Part shown: in pieces, positions 11,619 to 21,896 of the stretch
How positions within the stretch are numbered: the first letter of the stretch is position 1
Layout: each line of letters begins with the position of its first letter
Assembly (NCBI GenBank): GCA_963843555.1
Contig: CAWJKV010000017.1
Location: 16,084 to 80,083 of the forward strand
Length of the DNA: 64,000 nt
Origin: an uncultured Methanosarcinales archaeon
Lineage (GTDB): Archaea > Halobacteriota > Methanosarcinia > Methanotrichales > Methanotrichaceae
Reading direction: 5' to 3'
Notes under the pieces: model-generated
Told to the model about the DNA's origin: nothing
Databases searched by the model: none
What the model saw: the letters and a program-made list of their open reading frames with translations, nothing else
Made by a program: the position numbers and the translations under genes

Positions 11619-12513
11619 ATTAGGGCAAAATTTGTTCTTGTATTGATGACTTTGGCAATGCTAAGTGCTCCCGGCATTTGGGCAGACGACGGCAAAGGAT
11701 TGGCTCGAGAAAGGAGTTGACTTTCTTGACCAGGGCAATTACGACGAAGCAATCAAAAGATACTGACAGAGCAATCGAGATCGATCCAGGAAATGAAGAT
11801 GCCTGGTACAACAAAGGCGTTGCTCTCTGGTCAGGGCAAGTACGATGAGGCCATTAAAACTTTTGACAAAGCTATTGAGCTGAATCCAGAAGATGCAGAT
11901 GCCTGGTACAACAAAGGCCTTGTTCTCTATCACCAGGGCAAATACGATGAGGCAATTGAGGCAAATACGACAGAGCTATTGAGCTGAATCCAAGCGCGGT
12001 AGATGCCTGGACTAACAAAGGCAATGCTCTATCTGGCTCAGGGCAAATACGATGAGGCAATCAAAGCACACGATCAGGCCATCGAGCTAGATCCACAATA
12101 TGCTGAGGCCTGGAACAACAAAGGCGTTGCTACTAAATGCCCAGGGCAAGTATGATCAGGCCATCAAAGCGTACGATGAGGCCATCCGTCTCGATCCCAA
12201 CCTCGTGGAAACCTGGAGCAACAAAGGCGCTGTTCTAGGTCAACAAGGCAAGTATGACGAGGCGCTGCAGGCATTCGATAAAGCCATCGAGATAAATCCA
12301 CAACTAGCGGATGCTTGGGCCAACAAAGGCTTTGCTCTCGGCCTACAAGGCAACTATGATGAGGCACTGCAAGCATTCAATAAGGCCATTGAGCTCAATC
12401 CGCAACATGGTAAAGCCTGGGCAGGCAAAGCCTTAACACTCCAGTCGCTTGGTCGTACTACAGAGGCCGATGCAGCATTTGCCAGGGCCGAAGAACTGGG
12501 GTTTACGGGCTAA
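11619..12513 (+). CDS. Secreted TPR protein, paralogue 1 (multiple frameshifts; pseudogene or read error)
   Basis: Repeated [23 protein letters not shown] units across shifting frames; ends [21 protein letters not shown]. Confidence 0.85.
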
Positions 12514-12540
12514 CTCCAGCATTATGAAATTGTATAACCT

Positions 12541-13198
12541 ACACCCTTCGCCCGCCCTGACCCGCACGCGCGTGCCAGCAGGCCCGTGAGGGCTGCAGAC
12601 GATGAAGATCTGCGCCATGACCTATTTTCGGCCAGAGGGCGGCAGAGGCAGTCCATTAGCTATCCATCCAATTGTGAAGGCTGCGGCGGCATCTGAGGCA
12701 TAGGCTTTCCAGGCATCTCGTATCATGCAAGAAGACATGGCCCAACATTTTGGACTCTTTATCGGTCTGCAGCTTGACCGTCGTCGCTCGGCCGGCCGCG
12801 GCCATAAGCCGCGCCCCAACCATAGCGCGGGAGGCCCGCAGGCCGACTCGCGGCACCCCGGAAGAATAAGTGGAAAGCTGTACTCGTCTGCATTTACGCT
12901 GTCCGTCTATATCTGAATGATATATCTTTTATTTGAACAGAAAAAATCAAACCTGCCTCTTCTTCCGGGGTTCCGCGCGGGTTTTACGCGCGAGGGTGAC
13001 GGGGCAAACTTATGGCCGTGCAGGCCCCCCAAAACCCCGCGTCCGCAGGGAACTATCTATGAAACTCAGCCCTTCATCCTAAACGCGTTTGAAAAGGCTC
13101 CAGACGGGGTGCATATCCAATGGCTCAGATTGATAAACGCCCGCCGCCACGGCATCTCCGTTCTGGTCCCGCCCTACGCAAACTATTTTGCTAAGTAG
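12541..13198 (+). repeat. TPR-associated structured repeat, copy 2
   Basis: Same block order as copy 1, with an extra ~75 nt at ~12669-12742. Confidence 0.9.
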
Positions 13199-13228
13199 AA
13201 CGTTTAACCAAATGCGGAGGAAAGCCCT

Positions 13229-14014
13229 ATTAAAGCAAAATTTATTCTTGTATTGATAACGTTGGCTATGTTATGTGCCCCGGCATTTGGGCAAACGACT
13301 GCAAAAGATTGGATCCATAAAGGCGTTGAATTCTATGGCCAGGGCAGGTACAATGAAACCATCCAGGCTTTTGACAGGGCTATTGAGATTGATCCACAAT
13401 ATGCAGATGCGTGGAGCAGAAAAGGCATCGTTCTCAGCCGGCTGGGCAGATATGATGAGGCAATACAAGCATTCAATAAGTCCCTTGAGATCAATCCAGA
13501 ATCTGCAAAAGACTGGACTGAAAAAGGCCTTGCTCTCAAAAATCTCGGCAAGTACAATGAGGCCATCAAAGCGTGCGATAAGGCCATTGAGATTAATCCA
13601 CAATTTGCAAAAGCCTGGATCAACAAAGGCATTGCCCTCAAGAATATTGGTGAGTATGACGAGGCACTCGAAGCGTACGACAGAGCCATTGAGATAAATC
13701 CACAAGACGCAATAGCCTGGAGAAACAAAGGCGTGGTATTTGCCAAAGTAGGCAGGTATGATGAAGCACTTCAGGCATTCAATAATACAATTGAGATCGA
13801 TCCACGACTTGCAGATTCCTGGAGCAACAAGGGCGCTATTTTCGGTCTGCAAGGCAAATACGATGAGGCACTCCAGGCATTCGATAAGTCCATCGAGATC
13901 AATCCACAATTTGCAGTCGCTTGGGCTGGCAAAGCCTTCACTCTTCAGTCACTGGGCCGCACTACAGATGCTGATGAAGCCTTTGCCAAGGCCAGTGAGC
14001 TGGGTTATACATAA
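13229..14014 (+). CDS. Secreted TPR protein, paralogue 2 (intact)
   Basis: Signal peptide (I)KAKFILVLITLAMLCAPAFG then about seven 34-aa TPR units; ends LGRTTDADEAFAKASELGYT; start is ATT 13229 or TTG 13253. Confidence 0.92.
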   Translation: MKAKFILVLITLAMLCAPAFGQTTAKDWIHKGVEFYGQGRYNETIQAFDRAIEIDPQYADAWSRKGIVLSRLGRYDEAIQAFNKSLEINPESAKDWTEKGLALKNLGKYNEAIKACDKAIEINPQFAKAWINKGIALKNIGEYDEALEAYDRAIEINPQDAIAWRNKGVVFAKVGRYDEALQAFNNTIEIDPRLADSWSNKGAIFGLQGKYDEALQAFDKSIEINPQFAVAWAGKAFTLQSLGRTTDADEAFAKASELGYT

Positions 14015-14053
14015 GCTAATTGCCACTGCGAAGAGCATGCAACCTGAAATTTG

Positions 14054-14125
14054 TCGCCTGCCCGCCCCAGCACGCATGCGTGCGCCCGCAGGCGGGAGGT
14101 TGCAGATGAGGAAGGACCTGCAGGT
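14054..14125 (+). repeat. Isolated block C of the TPR-associated repeat
   Basis: gcccgccc..cacgcatgcgtgcgcccgcaggcgggaggttgcagatgaggaaggacctgc resembles 11005-11077 and 12541-12613. Confidence 0.7.
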
Positions 14126-14331
14126 AATAATCACAAAAAAGGAGAAACAATCGGACAGGAGTCCAGGGTCGGCTCAAAGATTTTTATTTGCTCCTGCGAG
14201 AGTATAGGCGTCCCAACTAGAATAATTTGTCTTTTACGCTATAAAAGAACCTCTGAGAACTATAATTTTAAATATCAATCCATTTTAAGGTATATCATTC
14301 TAGAGAAGAAATGTTTGAGGAGAGATGACAT

Positions 14332-15117
14332 ATGCATAGAAGGGGGATAATTCTATTGCTGCTGGCGCTAATTCTTGCCGGCAACGCGCAGGGTACAGTG
14401 ACTAATATTCCTGCCAGCCAGGACGTTTACATCAGCATGGGCACGGGAAATGAGTTGGTGTACAATCAAACAGATACACTTTTCTGCGGTATCAATGTAG
14501 CAGAGGTCAATAATACCAGTGTTAGCAGCTATCCCGGAGTCCCGGTAATCCAGTTTGATATTTCCAGCCTCAATATCACCGATGACGATGTCGCGATTCT
14601 GGTGCTCAAGGCGGAATCAATCCGAATGCCGGACAGCTCCGCGCTGGTAGCTCTGCTGACCATCGGCTCGGACTGGAATGAAGAATCAGATCTGACGACC
14701 TTCCTCATCAACATCCTTCCCGCCTGGAGTATCATCAAGAAGAATGACCTGACTCAAATGAGCAGCAACACCGATGGCGATAAGGTCTTCGCATTTGATG
14801 TATCGAAAAAGCTGTTGGACGCAAAAGAGAAAGGGGATAAAATATCCTTCCTCCTGGAACTCATCAGTAACAGCAGCTCGGAAATTGACTTCTTTTCCCG
14901 GGAAACCGGCCAGGGACCATATCTTATGATCATGCCCTACCCCACAACTCCCCTGTCCGATCAGACTGTTCAGCCCAATCCAGCTTCACAGAGCAGTCAA
15001 ACCTTTGGTCTGGCAGCAAATGTGAACCAGACGGACGAGATGGTTCCTATCGAGGTCGGATCGCAGAGCAACCAGTTGAGCAATGGGGAGATCGACCAGA
15101 AACTGGCCCTGGCCTGA
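14332..15117 (+). CDS. Secreted protein, possibly DNRLRE-like carbohydrate-binding fold
   Basis: Signal peptide; IPASQDVYI, IQFDISSL, FAFDVS, FFSRETGQGPYL pattern. Confidence 0.55.
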   Translation: MHRRGIILLLLALILAGNAQGTVTNIPASQDVYISMGTGNELVYNQTDTLFCGINVAEVNNTSVSSYPGVPVIQFDISSLNITDDDVAILVLKAESIRMPDSSALVALLTIGSDWNEESDLTTFLINILPAWSIIKKNDLTQMSSNTDGDKVFAFDVSKKLLDAKEKGDKISFLLELISNSSSEIDFFSRETGQGPYLMIMPYPTTPLSDQTVQPNPASQSSQTFGLAANVNQTDEMVPIEVGSQSNQLSNGEIDQKLALA

Positions 15118-15386
15118 AAGCGATTCGACTCGTGTTTCATTTTTTTAAAATTTTTCTCGCATCCTGATGGTGTCTGTTCTATCCTGTATCTTGAATTGAA
15201 TGCCATATCAAAAAGATTTTCATACACTTTGCGAATAAATTTGCTGTATTCGCTCCCGCAAGACAAAGATAGATGAATGGATCAAAAATAATATTCCGAT
15301 GGACTCCTTTTCCTATGGAAAATGATGGGCGAAGGTGATTTGGATTAGAGCTCGGCCATGTCTTTTCGGGCTGCCAGACTCAGTCC

Positions 15387-16578
15387 TCAAACCTGCCATA
15401 TCTCTCGCGGCATATTGGTCAAACACTTCGCTCCGGAAGTGGTCGTCAGGAAGGTGTCTTCGATTCCCAGGACGCCCTTATCCGGATAGATCATCTTGGG
15501 CTCCACGGCAATGGTCATGCCCTCCTGGATTTCATGATCCAGGGGAGCCAGTACAGGATACTCATCCAGTTCAAGCCCCACTCCATGGCCCACAAAACCG
15601 CATTTGCTGCCGATGGGCCCTCCCAGGAAGTCTTTGTAGCCCAACCTCTCTCCTTCCGCCAGAGATAGCTCGAATAGCTCTCTTCCCGTCCTGCCCGGCT
15701 TCATCTCCCTGGCAATGGACTCTTCGATATGGCAGGCGGCTTGATAGGCGTCCTCCAGCTCTGCCTCAATCTTGCCCAGGGAGAATATTCTTGTGGCATC
15801 GGCAATATAGCCGTTGAAGATGCCTACTGTGTCCACAAAGACTGGTTCGTTTCTCTTTATTTTTCCTAAGCTTGGTCCATGAGGAAATACTAGCGAAGTT
15901 CCCTTTCCTCCGGTAGGCGAAGCCAGGAAGCTGGGGATAGCTGCACTCGCTCCGGACATTATATGGCCCAGTGGAACAATGCTGTTGAACCTGCGAAAGC
16001 GAAGCGATCCCTGATGGCCCAGAGATCGCATCTCCGACTCCAGGCGGCACATCAGATCCACCTCAGTCATTTCCTCATGAATGTAATCAGGGACGGATGA
16101 GAATCCGGCTTCCAGAATCCCTGACTGCTTCCTTTACCAGGCCAAGTTCGAACTCGGACTTGACAGAGCGGATATGCTTGATCTTTTCGGCCGCATCGAC
16201 AAACAGGGCATCTCCGAGGGCCTTGTTGACTCGAAAGTAGAAGCTGCAGGGAAGGACATCCATCTCCAGGCCGATGGTGGCGCCAGCCGGGATGCCAAGG
16301 TCTGATTTCAGATTTTTCATGCTCTTGAGCGGCCGGACCTCCAGGGGCGATTCCTCCCTGGCCCTCTCCAGGCTTCTTTTCATCATCACCACGGGCTCCC
16401 CGTCTTTGGGAATATAGACCAGCCCGTCTTGAGCTGTTCCGGAAAAGTAGCACATATCCACAGCTTGAAATAAGAGTGCTCCATCCATGTCGCCCATCTG
16501 TGATTGGAGCCTTTTTATCCTGCAATCGATCTCGGACTTGGGGTGAAGAACATACTCCATTTTATCTGCCTCTGCCAT
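15387..16578 (-). CDS. Xaa-Pro peptidase family M24 (frameshift near 16090)
   Basis: Creatinase-like N-domain then GYIADATR, GHGVGLELDE, AVEPK, GIEDT metal-ligand motifs. Confidence 0.9.
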
Positions 16579-16818
16579 CCATCAATGCTTGCATCCATAA
16601 TGCCAGAATGGCTTGGTACTGCTGGTATGTCACATCTTTATTTACCTAACCGAAAGGATATTGGTTAGGGGCCACTTCCGCGGCGTGAACGAGCAGCAGT
16701 AGCAGCTGAGTTGGTGTCCAACGGCAGAGTGTTCCAATCCGGGAGCAGCTTGGCGGATTGTGCAACTAGCTTGCAGGATGGATAAGGCCAAATACAAAGA
16801 GCTATGAATCTCTGTTAG

Positions 16819-17481
16819 ATGAATCGGCTCACTGCCTATGTCTCAGGACAAATCCAAAAGGTTGGCTATAGGAAAAGAGTCATAGATATAGCGAGGGCTT
16901 TTGGACTTAAAGGTATAATAGAGAACCTGAATGATGGAAGGGTGAAGATCATTGCCGAAGGCGATGATGAAAAATTAAAATGGTTCGAGAGCGCTATCGA
17001 CATAAAGAATACTCTCATCCAGGTATCGTCTATTGAGACGACATACTCCGCAGCAGGCGGCGAGTTCAGCAAATTTGGCAAATTTGTAGAAGAGGGCGAG
17101 ACGGATTCCAGGCTGGACAAAGGCGTCGAGGTTATGAAAGAGATTCTTGTCGCCATAAAAGATGTAAATAGAAGTCTCGATGACATGAACTCAAATCTTG
17201 GCGGAAAGATCGATAATCTTGGCGGAAAGATCGACACTCTTGGCGGGAAGATCGATACTCTTGGCGGAAAGATCGATACTCTTGGCGGAAAGATCGACCG
17301 CATTGACAGCAAGATGGATCGGACGCTGCAAAAGCAGGACGAGCTTCTCGTCGAAGTCAAGGATATGAATGCAAGTCTCAACGATAAAATGGACAGAGTT
17401 CTGGATAAGAGCGATGTCTCTGATTTAAAGAGTGATATGGCTCAGGTGAAGTCTGCTCTGAAGGCCAAGGGAATAATCTAG
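16819..17481 (+). CDS. Acylphosphatase-domain protein with C-terminal coiled-coil heptad repeats
   Basis: VSGQIQKVGYRK..GLKGIIENLNDGRVKIIAEG followed by (N/T)LGGKID x5. Confidence 0.85.
   Translation: MNRLTAYVSGQIQKVGYRKRVIDIARAFGLKGIIENLNDGRVKIIAEGDDEKLKWFESAIDIKNTLIQVSSIETTYSAAGGEFSKFGKFVEEGETDSRLDKGVEVMKEILVAIKDVNRSLDDMNSNLGGKIDNLGGKIDTLGGKIDTLGGKIDTLGGKIDRIDSKMDRTLQKQDELLVEVKDMNASLNDKMDRVLDKSDVSDLKSDMAQVKSALKAKGII
17194..17298 (+). repeat. In-frame 21-bp tandem repeat x5
   Basis: a(a/c)tcttggcgg(a/g)aagatcga(t/c) five times. Confidence 0.97.
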
Positions 17482-17533
17482 AATCGAAGATGCTTCGTCT
17501 GCACCCGTTCGCCGGACGATCCGAATCAAGGCG

Positions 17534-18380
17534 CTAGAATCCCATCCAGCCAAAGACCCCAATCATCTTCAGCCCGACAAAGATCATCAGCATCACGAAG
17601 ATGTTTTTGAGCTTCTCCGCCGGCAGCCTGTGGGCGGCATTTACGCCGTACTTTGCAGCCAGCACGCTACCTCCCGCCAGCAGGGCGAACTGTAGCAGAT
17701 TGATGTAGCCCAGAGAATAAGGCGGAAGCCCGGCCACACCCCAACCATTGATAGCGTAGGCCAGTATCCCTCCCACAGAGTTGAAGGCAATCGTCACAGA
17801 AGAGGTGCCGATGGCCTGATACATGCTAAACCCCATGGTCACGACCATAGCCGGAATCAGGATTACGCCGCCGCCAATCCCGGTCAGCCCGGACATAATT
17901 CCCACCGCAGTTCCCCAGAGGACATATTTGAGGAGGCTGTCCTTTGACCTGTCCCCCGAAGTCTGCCTGGGCTGCAGGTTCCTGGCGAAGAGCATGCGCA
18001 GGGCTCCCATCAAGACCACAACTCCGAAGATCATACGGAGCAGATCGCCGGGCGCATGAGCGCGATTGTTCCACCCAAAAAGGCTCCCGCGAGGCCGGAA
18101 AGTCCCATGGCAATTCCCGGCCGCCATAAGACCACTCCCCGGCAGCTATGACCGTAGCATCCGCTCAAGGAGGTGGGCAGGATGACGGCCAGTGAGGTTC
18201 CAAAGGCGATCCTGGTGGCGAGCGTTGGATCGATTCCTGTGGACGTAAGGGCCCAGATCTGCACGGGCACCATGATGAAGCCGCCCCCTACTCCCAGCAG
18301 GCCACAGGCAAATCCCACGATTATGCCCGTGGTCAGCAGCACAAGAACATAGAGCAGTTGGGACTCTGTGATCAAGCTCG
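17534..18380 (-). CDS. TauE/SafE (TSUP) family sulfur-compound exporter (frameshift near 18090; start approximate)
   Basis: GLLGVGGGFIMVP, AFGTSLAV and second-half GLTGIGGGVILIP, AIGTSS motifs. Confidence 0.88.
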
Positions 18381-18382
18381 TC

Positions 18383-19570
18383 TCAAGCGATCCCCAGCTC
18401 CCGGTGCTTCGCCAAAATCTCATCCGCCAGCCGGTCAAGGGCCCTGAAATCGGCCTCTTTGGGATGCCCTTTGGCCACTACAGGATCGAGGAATTGCAGC
18501 TTCAGATTGGGCAGGGCTAGAGTGATCTGCTCCAGCATCTTGCCACCCCAGCCAAATGAGCCGATGATGGACGCATACCTTGCTTTTGGCCGCAGTGCAT
18601 TGGCCAGAATGGCAGCATAAAGCGCCAGGGGATGAGCTCCGGCGAGAATTGTGGATGTGCCTATAACTACCGTCGCCGCGTCCACCAATGCCTCGGCCAG
18701 GTCGCCTATGTCGCTGTTGGTGAGATCGAATCTTTTGACCTCGATTCCTCTGGAGATCAGAGCATCGACGAAGTAGTCCGACATGATCCGTGTGGCTCCA
18801 TGCATGGATACAAAGGGCAGAACCACCTGGTTCTTAACATTGTCAGAAGCCCAGTCCCTGTAACTGCTCAACATGAACTCCGGCCTGTTGTAAGCCGGCC
18901 CATGGCTGGTGGCGATGACATCAATATTTAGTGTCGAGATCCTGTCCAGGTGCCTTTTTATGTGCTGGCGGAAAGGCATCATGATCTCGGCGTAATACTT
19001 TTTGGCAGCTCTGTAGACTGTTGCCTCATCAGTGGCATAAAGGTCGCTGGTGGCCAGATGTGAGCCCAGAAAATCGCAGGTGAAGAGAATCCGGTCTTCA
19101 GCAAGATAGGTGAACATCGTGTCCGGCCAGTGCACCCAGGGAGCGCTGATGAACTGCAGAGTCTTGCCGCCAAGGTCGATCGTTTCGCCGTCCTTCACTT
19201 CTTGCATTCTCTCCTTGCCAACGAGGTCGAACTCATTGAGCAGCTCCAGGCATTTGGCTGAGCCTACCACTCTGGCATCGGGGTAGAGCTCGACCAGCCT
19301 TTTCAGGCTCCCGGAGTGGTCCTGCTCTGCGTGCTGGGCGACGATGTAGTCGATCTTTTTTATATCCAACGCTTTCAGGTTATCTATCAGCACATCGGCC
19401 ATGGTCGCGTCCACGGCATCTATGAGTGCGGTCTTATCCTGTCCCCGGATCAGGTAGGAGTTGTAGCTGGTTCCATCGGGCAGGGGAATCAGGGCATCAA
19501 ATAGCCTGCGGTCCCAATCTATTGCTCCAACCGACAGCACTCCCGGCTTAATCTCTCTTGTGAGTGTCAA
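18383..19570 (-). CDS. fprA: Flavodiiron protein (FprA family O2/NO reductase)
   Basis: GTSYNSYLI, QHAEQDHSG, PWVHWPDT, FTCDFLGSH, TSHGP, flavodoxin SMHGAT and GSFGWGG. Confidence 0.95.
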   Translation of the reverse strand: MTLTREIKPGVLSVGAIDWDRRLFDALIPLPDGTSYNSYLIRGQDKTALIDAVDATMADVLIDNLKALDIKKIDYIVAQHAEQDHSGSLKRLVELYPDARVVGSAKCLELLNEFDLVGKERMQEVKDGETIDLGGKTLQFISAPWVHWPDTMFTYLAEDRILFTCDFLGSHLATSDLYATDEATVYRAAKKYYAEIMMPFRQHIKRHLDRISTLNIDVIATSHGPAYNRPEFMLSSYRDWASDNVKNQVVLPFVSMHGATRIMSDYFVDALISRGIEVKRFDLTNSDIGDLAEALVDAATVVIGTSTILAGAHPLALYAAILANALRPKARYASIIGSFGWGGKMLEQITLALPNLKLQFLDPVVAKGHPKEADFRALDRLADEILAKHRELGIA

Positions 19571-19656
19571 TTCTTTTCCTCCATTCTCATGTCTTCTTCC
19601 ATTTCTCAGTTTCTTCCATTCTCAGGTTTTCTCCAATCACTTTTTTTCCCAGACTT

Positions 19657-19821
19657 TCAGGCGAGTTCTTTGAAATCATCCTTTGCAGAACCGCATACCG
19701 GGCAGGTCCAGGTGTCGGGTAGCTTCTCGAAGGGCGTATTAGGTGCAACCCCCGAGTCAGGGTCTCCTTTCTCGGGATCGTAAATGTAACCGCAGACAGT
19801 ACATTGATATCGATGAACCAT
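19657..19821 (-). CDS. Rubredoxin
   Basis: [28 protein letters not shown]. Confidence 0.97.
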   Translation of the reverse strand: MVHRYQCTVCGYIYDPEKGDPDSGVAPNTPFEKLPDTWTCPVCGSAKDDFKELA

Positions 19822-20075
19822 GCGCTCAACTTCCCTTTTGCTTTTGTCCAATCTATTAGTCTAGTATTGGCCTGCAAAGTATTTAGTTATTAGTTAGATC
19901 GCCGTAAGCGGCCAAGAATGAATTCGCCGTTCCGACCCTGGGCATAGATTCAGATCTATAAACAGGATCATTTCTCATATTTTTGGAACGTCCTCCTTTG
20001 GACCAAAAGCACTGAGGCAACAAAAAAGTTAAATAATAATGAGTTCTATGTAAGATTACGATTCGAGGTGTTACA

Positions 20076-20192
20076 ATGGCAGGCACCGGATCTAATAGAG
20101 AAGGCAAATTCAAATGTAAGGTCTGTCGAATGAACTTTGAGTCAAAAGAAGAACTGAAATTTCACTTGATGGAGGACCACAGCGACAATTGA
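20076..20192 (+). CDS. 38-aa single C2H2 zinc-finger microprotein
   Basis: Below the ORF-track cutoff: MAGTGSNREGKFKCKVCRMNFESKEELKFHLMEDHSDN; GAGGTG SD at 20065-20070. Confidence 0.8.
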   Translation: MAGTGSNREGKFKCKVCRMNFESKEELKFHLMEDHSDN

Positions 20193-20401
20193 GCCAATTT
20201 TATAATCACTATCCGAGGAATCCCTGGATCCTGGCCATCGCGATCTCAAATTTTGTTTTATCCTATGTTTCAATTTTTCTAAGGGCCAGCAAGCTCATAC
20301 TTTTTTTTACAGTTTTGGTTAGATAGTCCTTTCTGCGACTATTGGTCCCAGATGCATTTCTTTCTTCATTTCTGCATTTCTCCTATTTCCCATTCCTGTT
20401 C

Positions 20402-21856
20402 CTATTCAGCTGGAGAACACTTAATGAATTCCTGGGCTATCATCCAGTGATCCTGGTCAGGCGTACTGGGGCTCTGCAACTCTGAGAAGGCCTTCACCAG
20501 CACCTCATTGATGGTAGGGTGGATGACCTGCGATTTTGTAACCGGTTTAAGGTTTTGGTACTCGGTGTTCATGAGGTAGACCACCTGCTGCACGAGCTCT
20601 GAGGCACCGGAGCCCACCACAGTTGCGCCCAGGATTCGTCCCGTCTCCTCTTCCAGGATTACTTTCACGAAGCCATTCTGCTCGTCCATGGCCACGCCCT
20701 TGGCCATATCTATGTACTTGGCCCGCCCTACCAGCACCTTCAGGCCTGCTGCCAGGGCGTCGGCCTCTTTCATGCCCACGCCCGAGATTTGCGGATGGGT
20801 GAAGATGGCATAAGGCACGGCGTGGTAGTCAACCTTTTCCCGATCGCCCTTATTCTTGGCTTTCAGCAGATTATGTATTACCACCTTCGATTCGTAGTTG
20901 GCAGTATGGCGGAACATGTGCTTTCCGAGGCAGTCTCCAAGTGCCCAGATGTCCTTTTTTCCTGTTTCCAGGTAATCGTTCACCTTGATCCAGCCGTGCT
21001 CGTCCGTCTCCACGCCTGTCTTCTCGGGATGGAGGAGGTCGGAGTTGGATCTGCGGCCGGCCGCGAGAAGTATCTCGTCCGCCTCGAACTGTCTGACCTT
21101 ACCGTTCTTCACTTCTTTAGCCGAGACTACCTTTTTGCCGTCCTTTTCGTTCGACCGAAACGACCTCATGTCCTGGTGACCACCCTCATGTACTCGGAGA
21201 GCACTTTTTGCAGCATTTCTGACGCCTCCGGGTCCTCGCCGCTGAGCACCTGAGGGCTTCGCCCTATGAGGGTGACATCCGTTCCAATGGCCGAGAAGAA
21301 GTGTCCGAACTCGCAGCCGATGTAGCCTGCTCCGATTATGATCAGGCTCTTGGGCGGAGCGTCTCCAGGCTAAGAAGGCTGACATGGTCCAGATAGCCGG
21401 TTTCTTCCAGTCCCGGGATGGGAGGAACCAGCGAGCGAGCTCCTGTGGCGATGACAAATTTTGAGGCAGTGATTGTTCGTTCGCCCACTTTCAGAAGATA
21501 GTCGCCGGTGAACTCCGCCTTCTCCCGATAGTAGGTTAGACCCTTCTTGGCTGCAATTGCCGCTTCGAGGTTGGTGCGGTTTCTATCCACGACCCTATGC
21601 ATGCGGCTCATGATCTTGGGAAAATCGATCTTGTCGATGGACGGCCGTGCACGCCTACGGCTCTTGCCTCCTGAAGGGTTCTGATGACGTCTGCCGGATA
21701 GATGAGCAGCTTGGAGGGGACGCAGCCGGTGTTCAGGCAGGTGCCGCCTGTGGGGCCAAAGTCCACCAGAGCGACCCGCAATCCTGAATATACGGCTTGA
21801 GATGCTACGTGTGTTCCTGCTCCAGAGCCGATTACGATGAGATCGAATCTATCCAT
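20402..21856 (-). CDS. Dihydrolipoamide dehydrogenase/mycothione reductase-like pyridine nucleotide-disulfide oxidoreductase (several frameshifts)
   Basis: DLIVIGSGAG, GGTCLNTGCVPSK, IATGAR, AAGRRSN, WALGD, HPTINE. Confidence 0.9.
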
Positions 21857-21896
21857 GATATCAGTTTTAGATGGGCTTTGATCGGATAAATATATG

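Noticed and set aside
17194..17298. 21-bp repeats as a CRISPR array
   Set aside because: Contiguous, no spacers, in frame within a CDS; no cas genes
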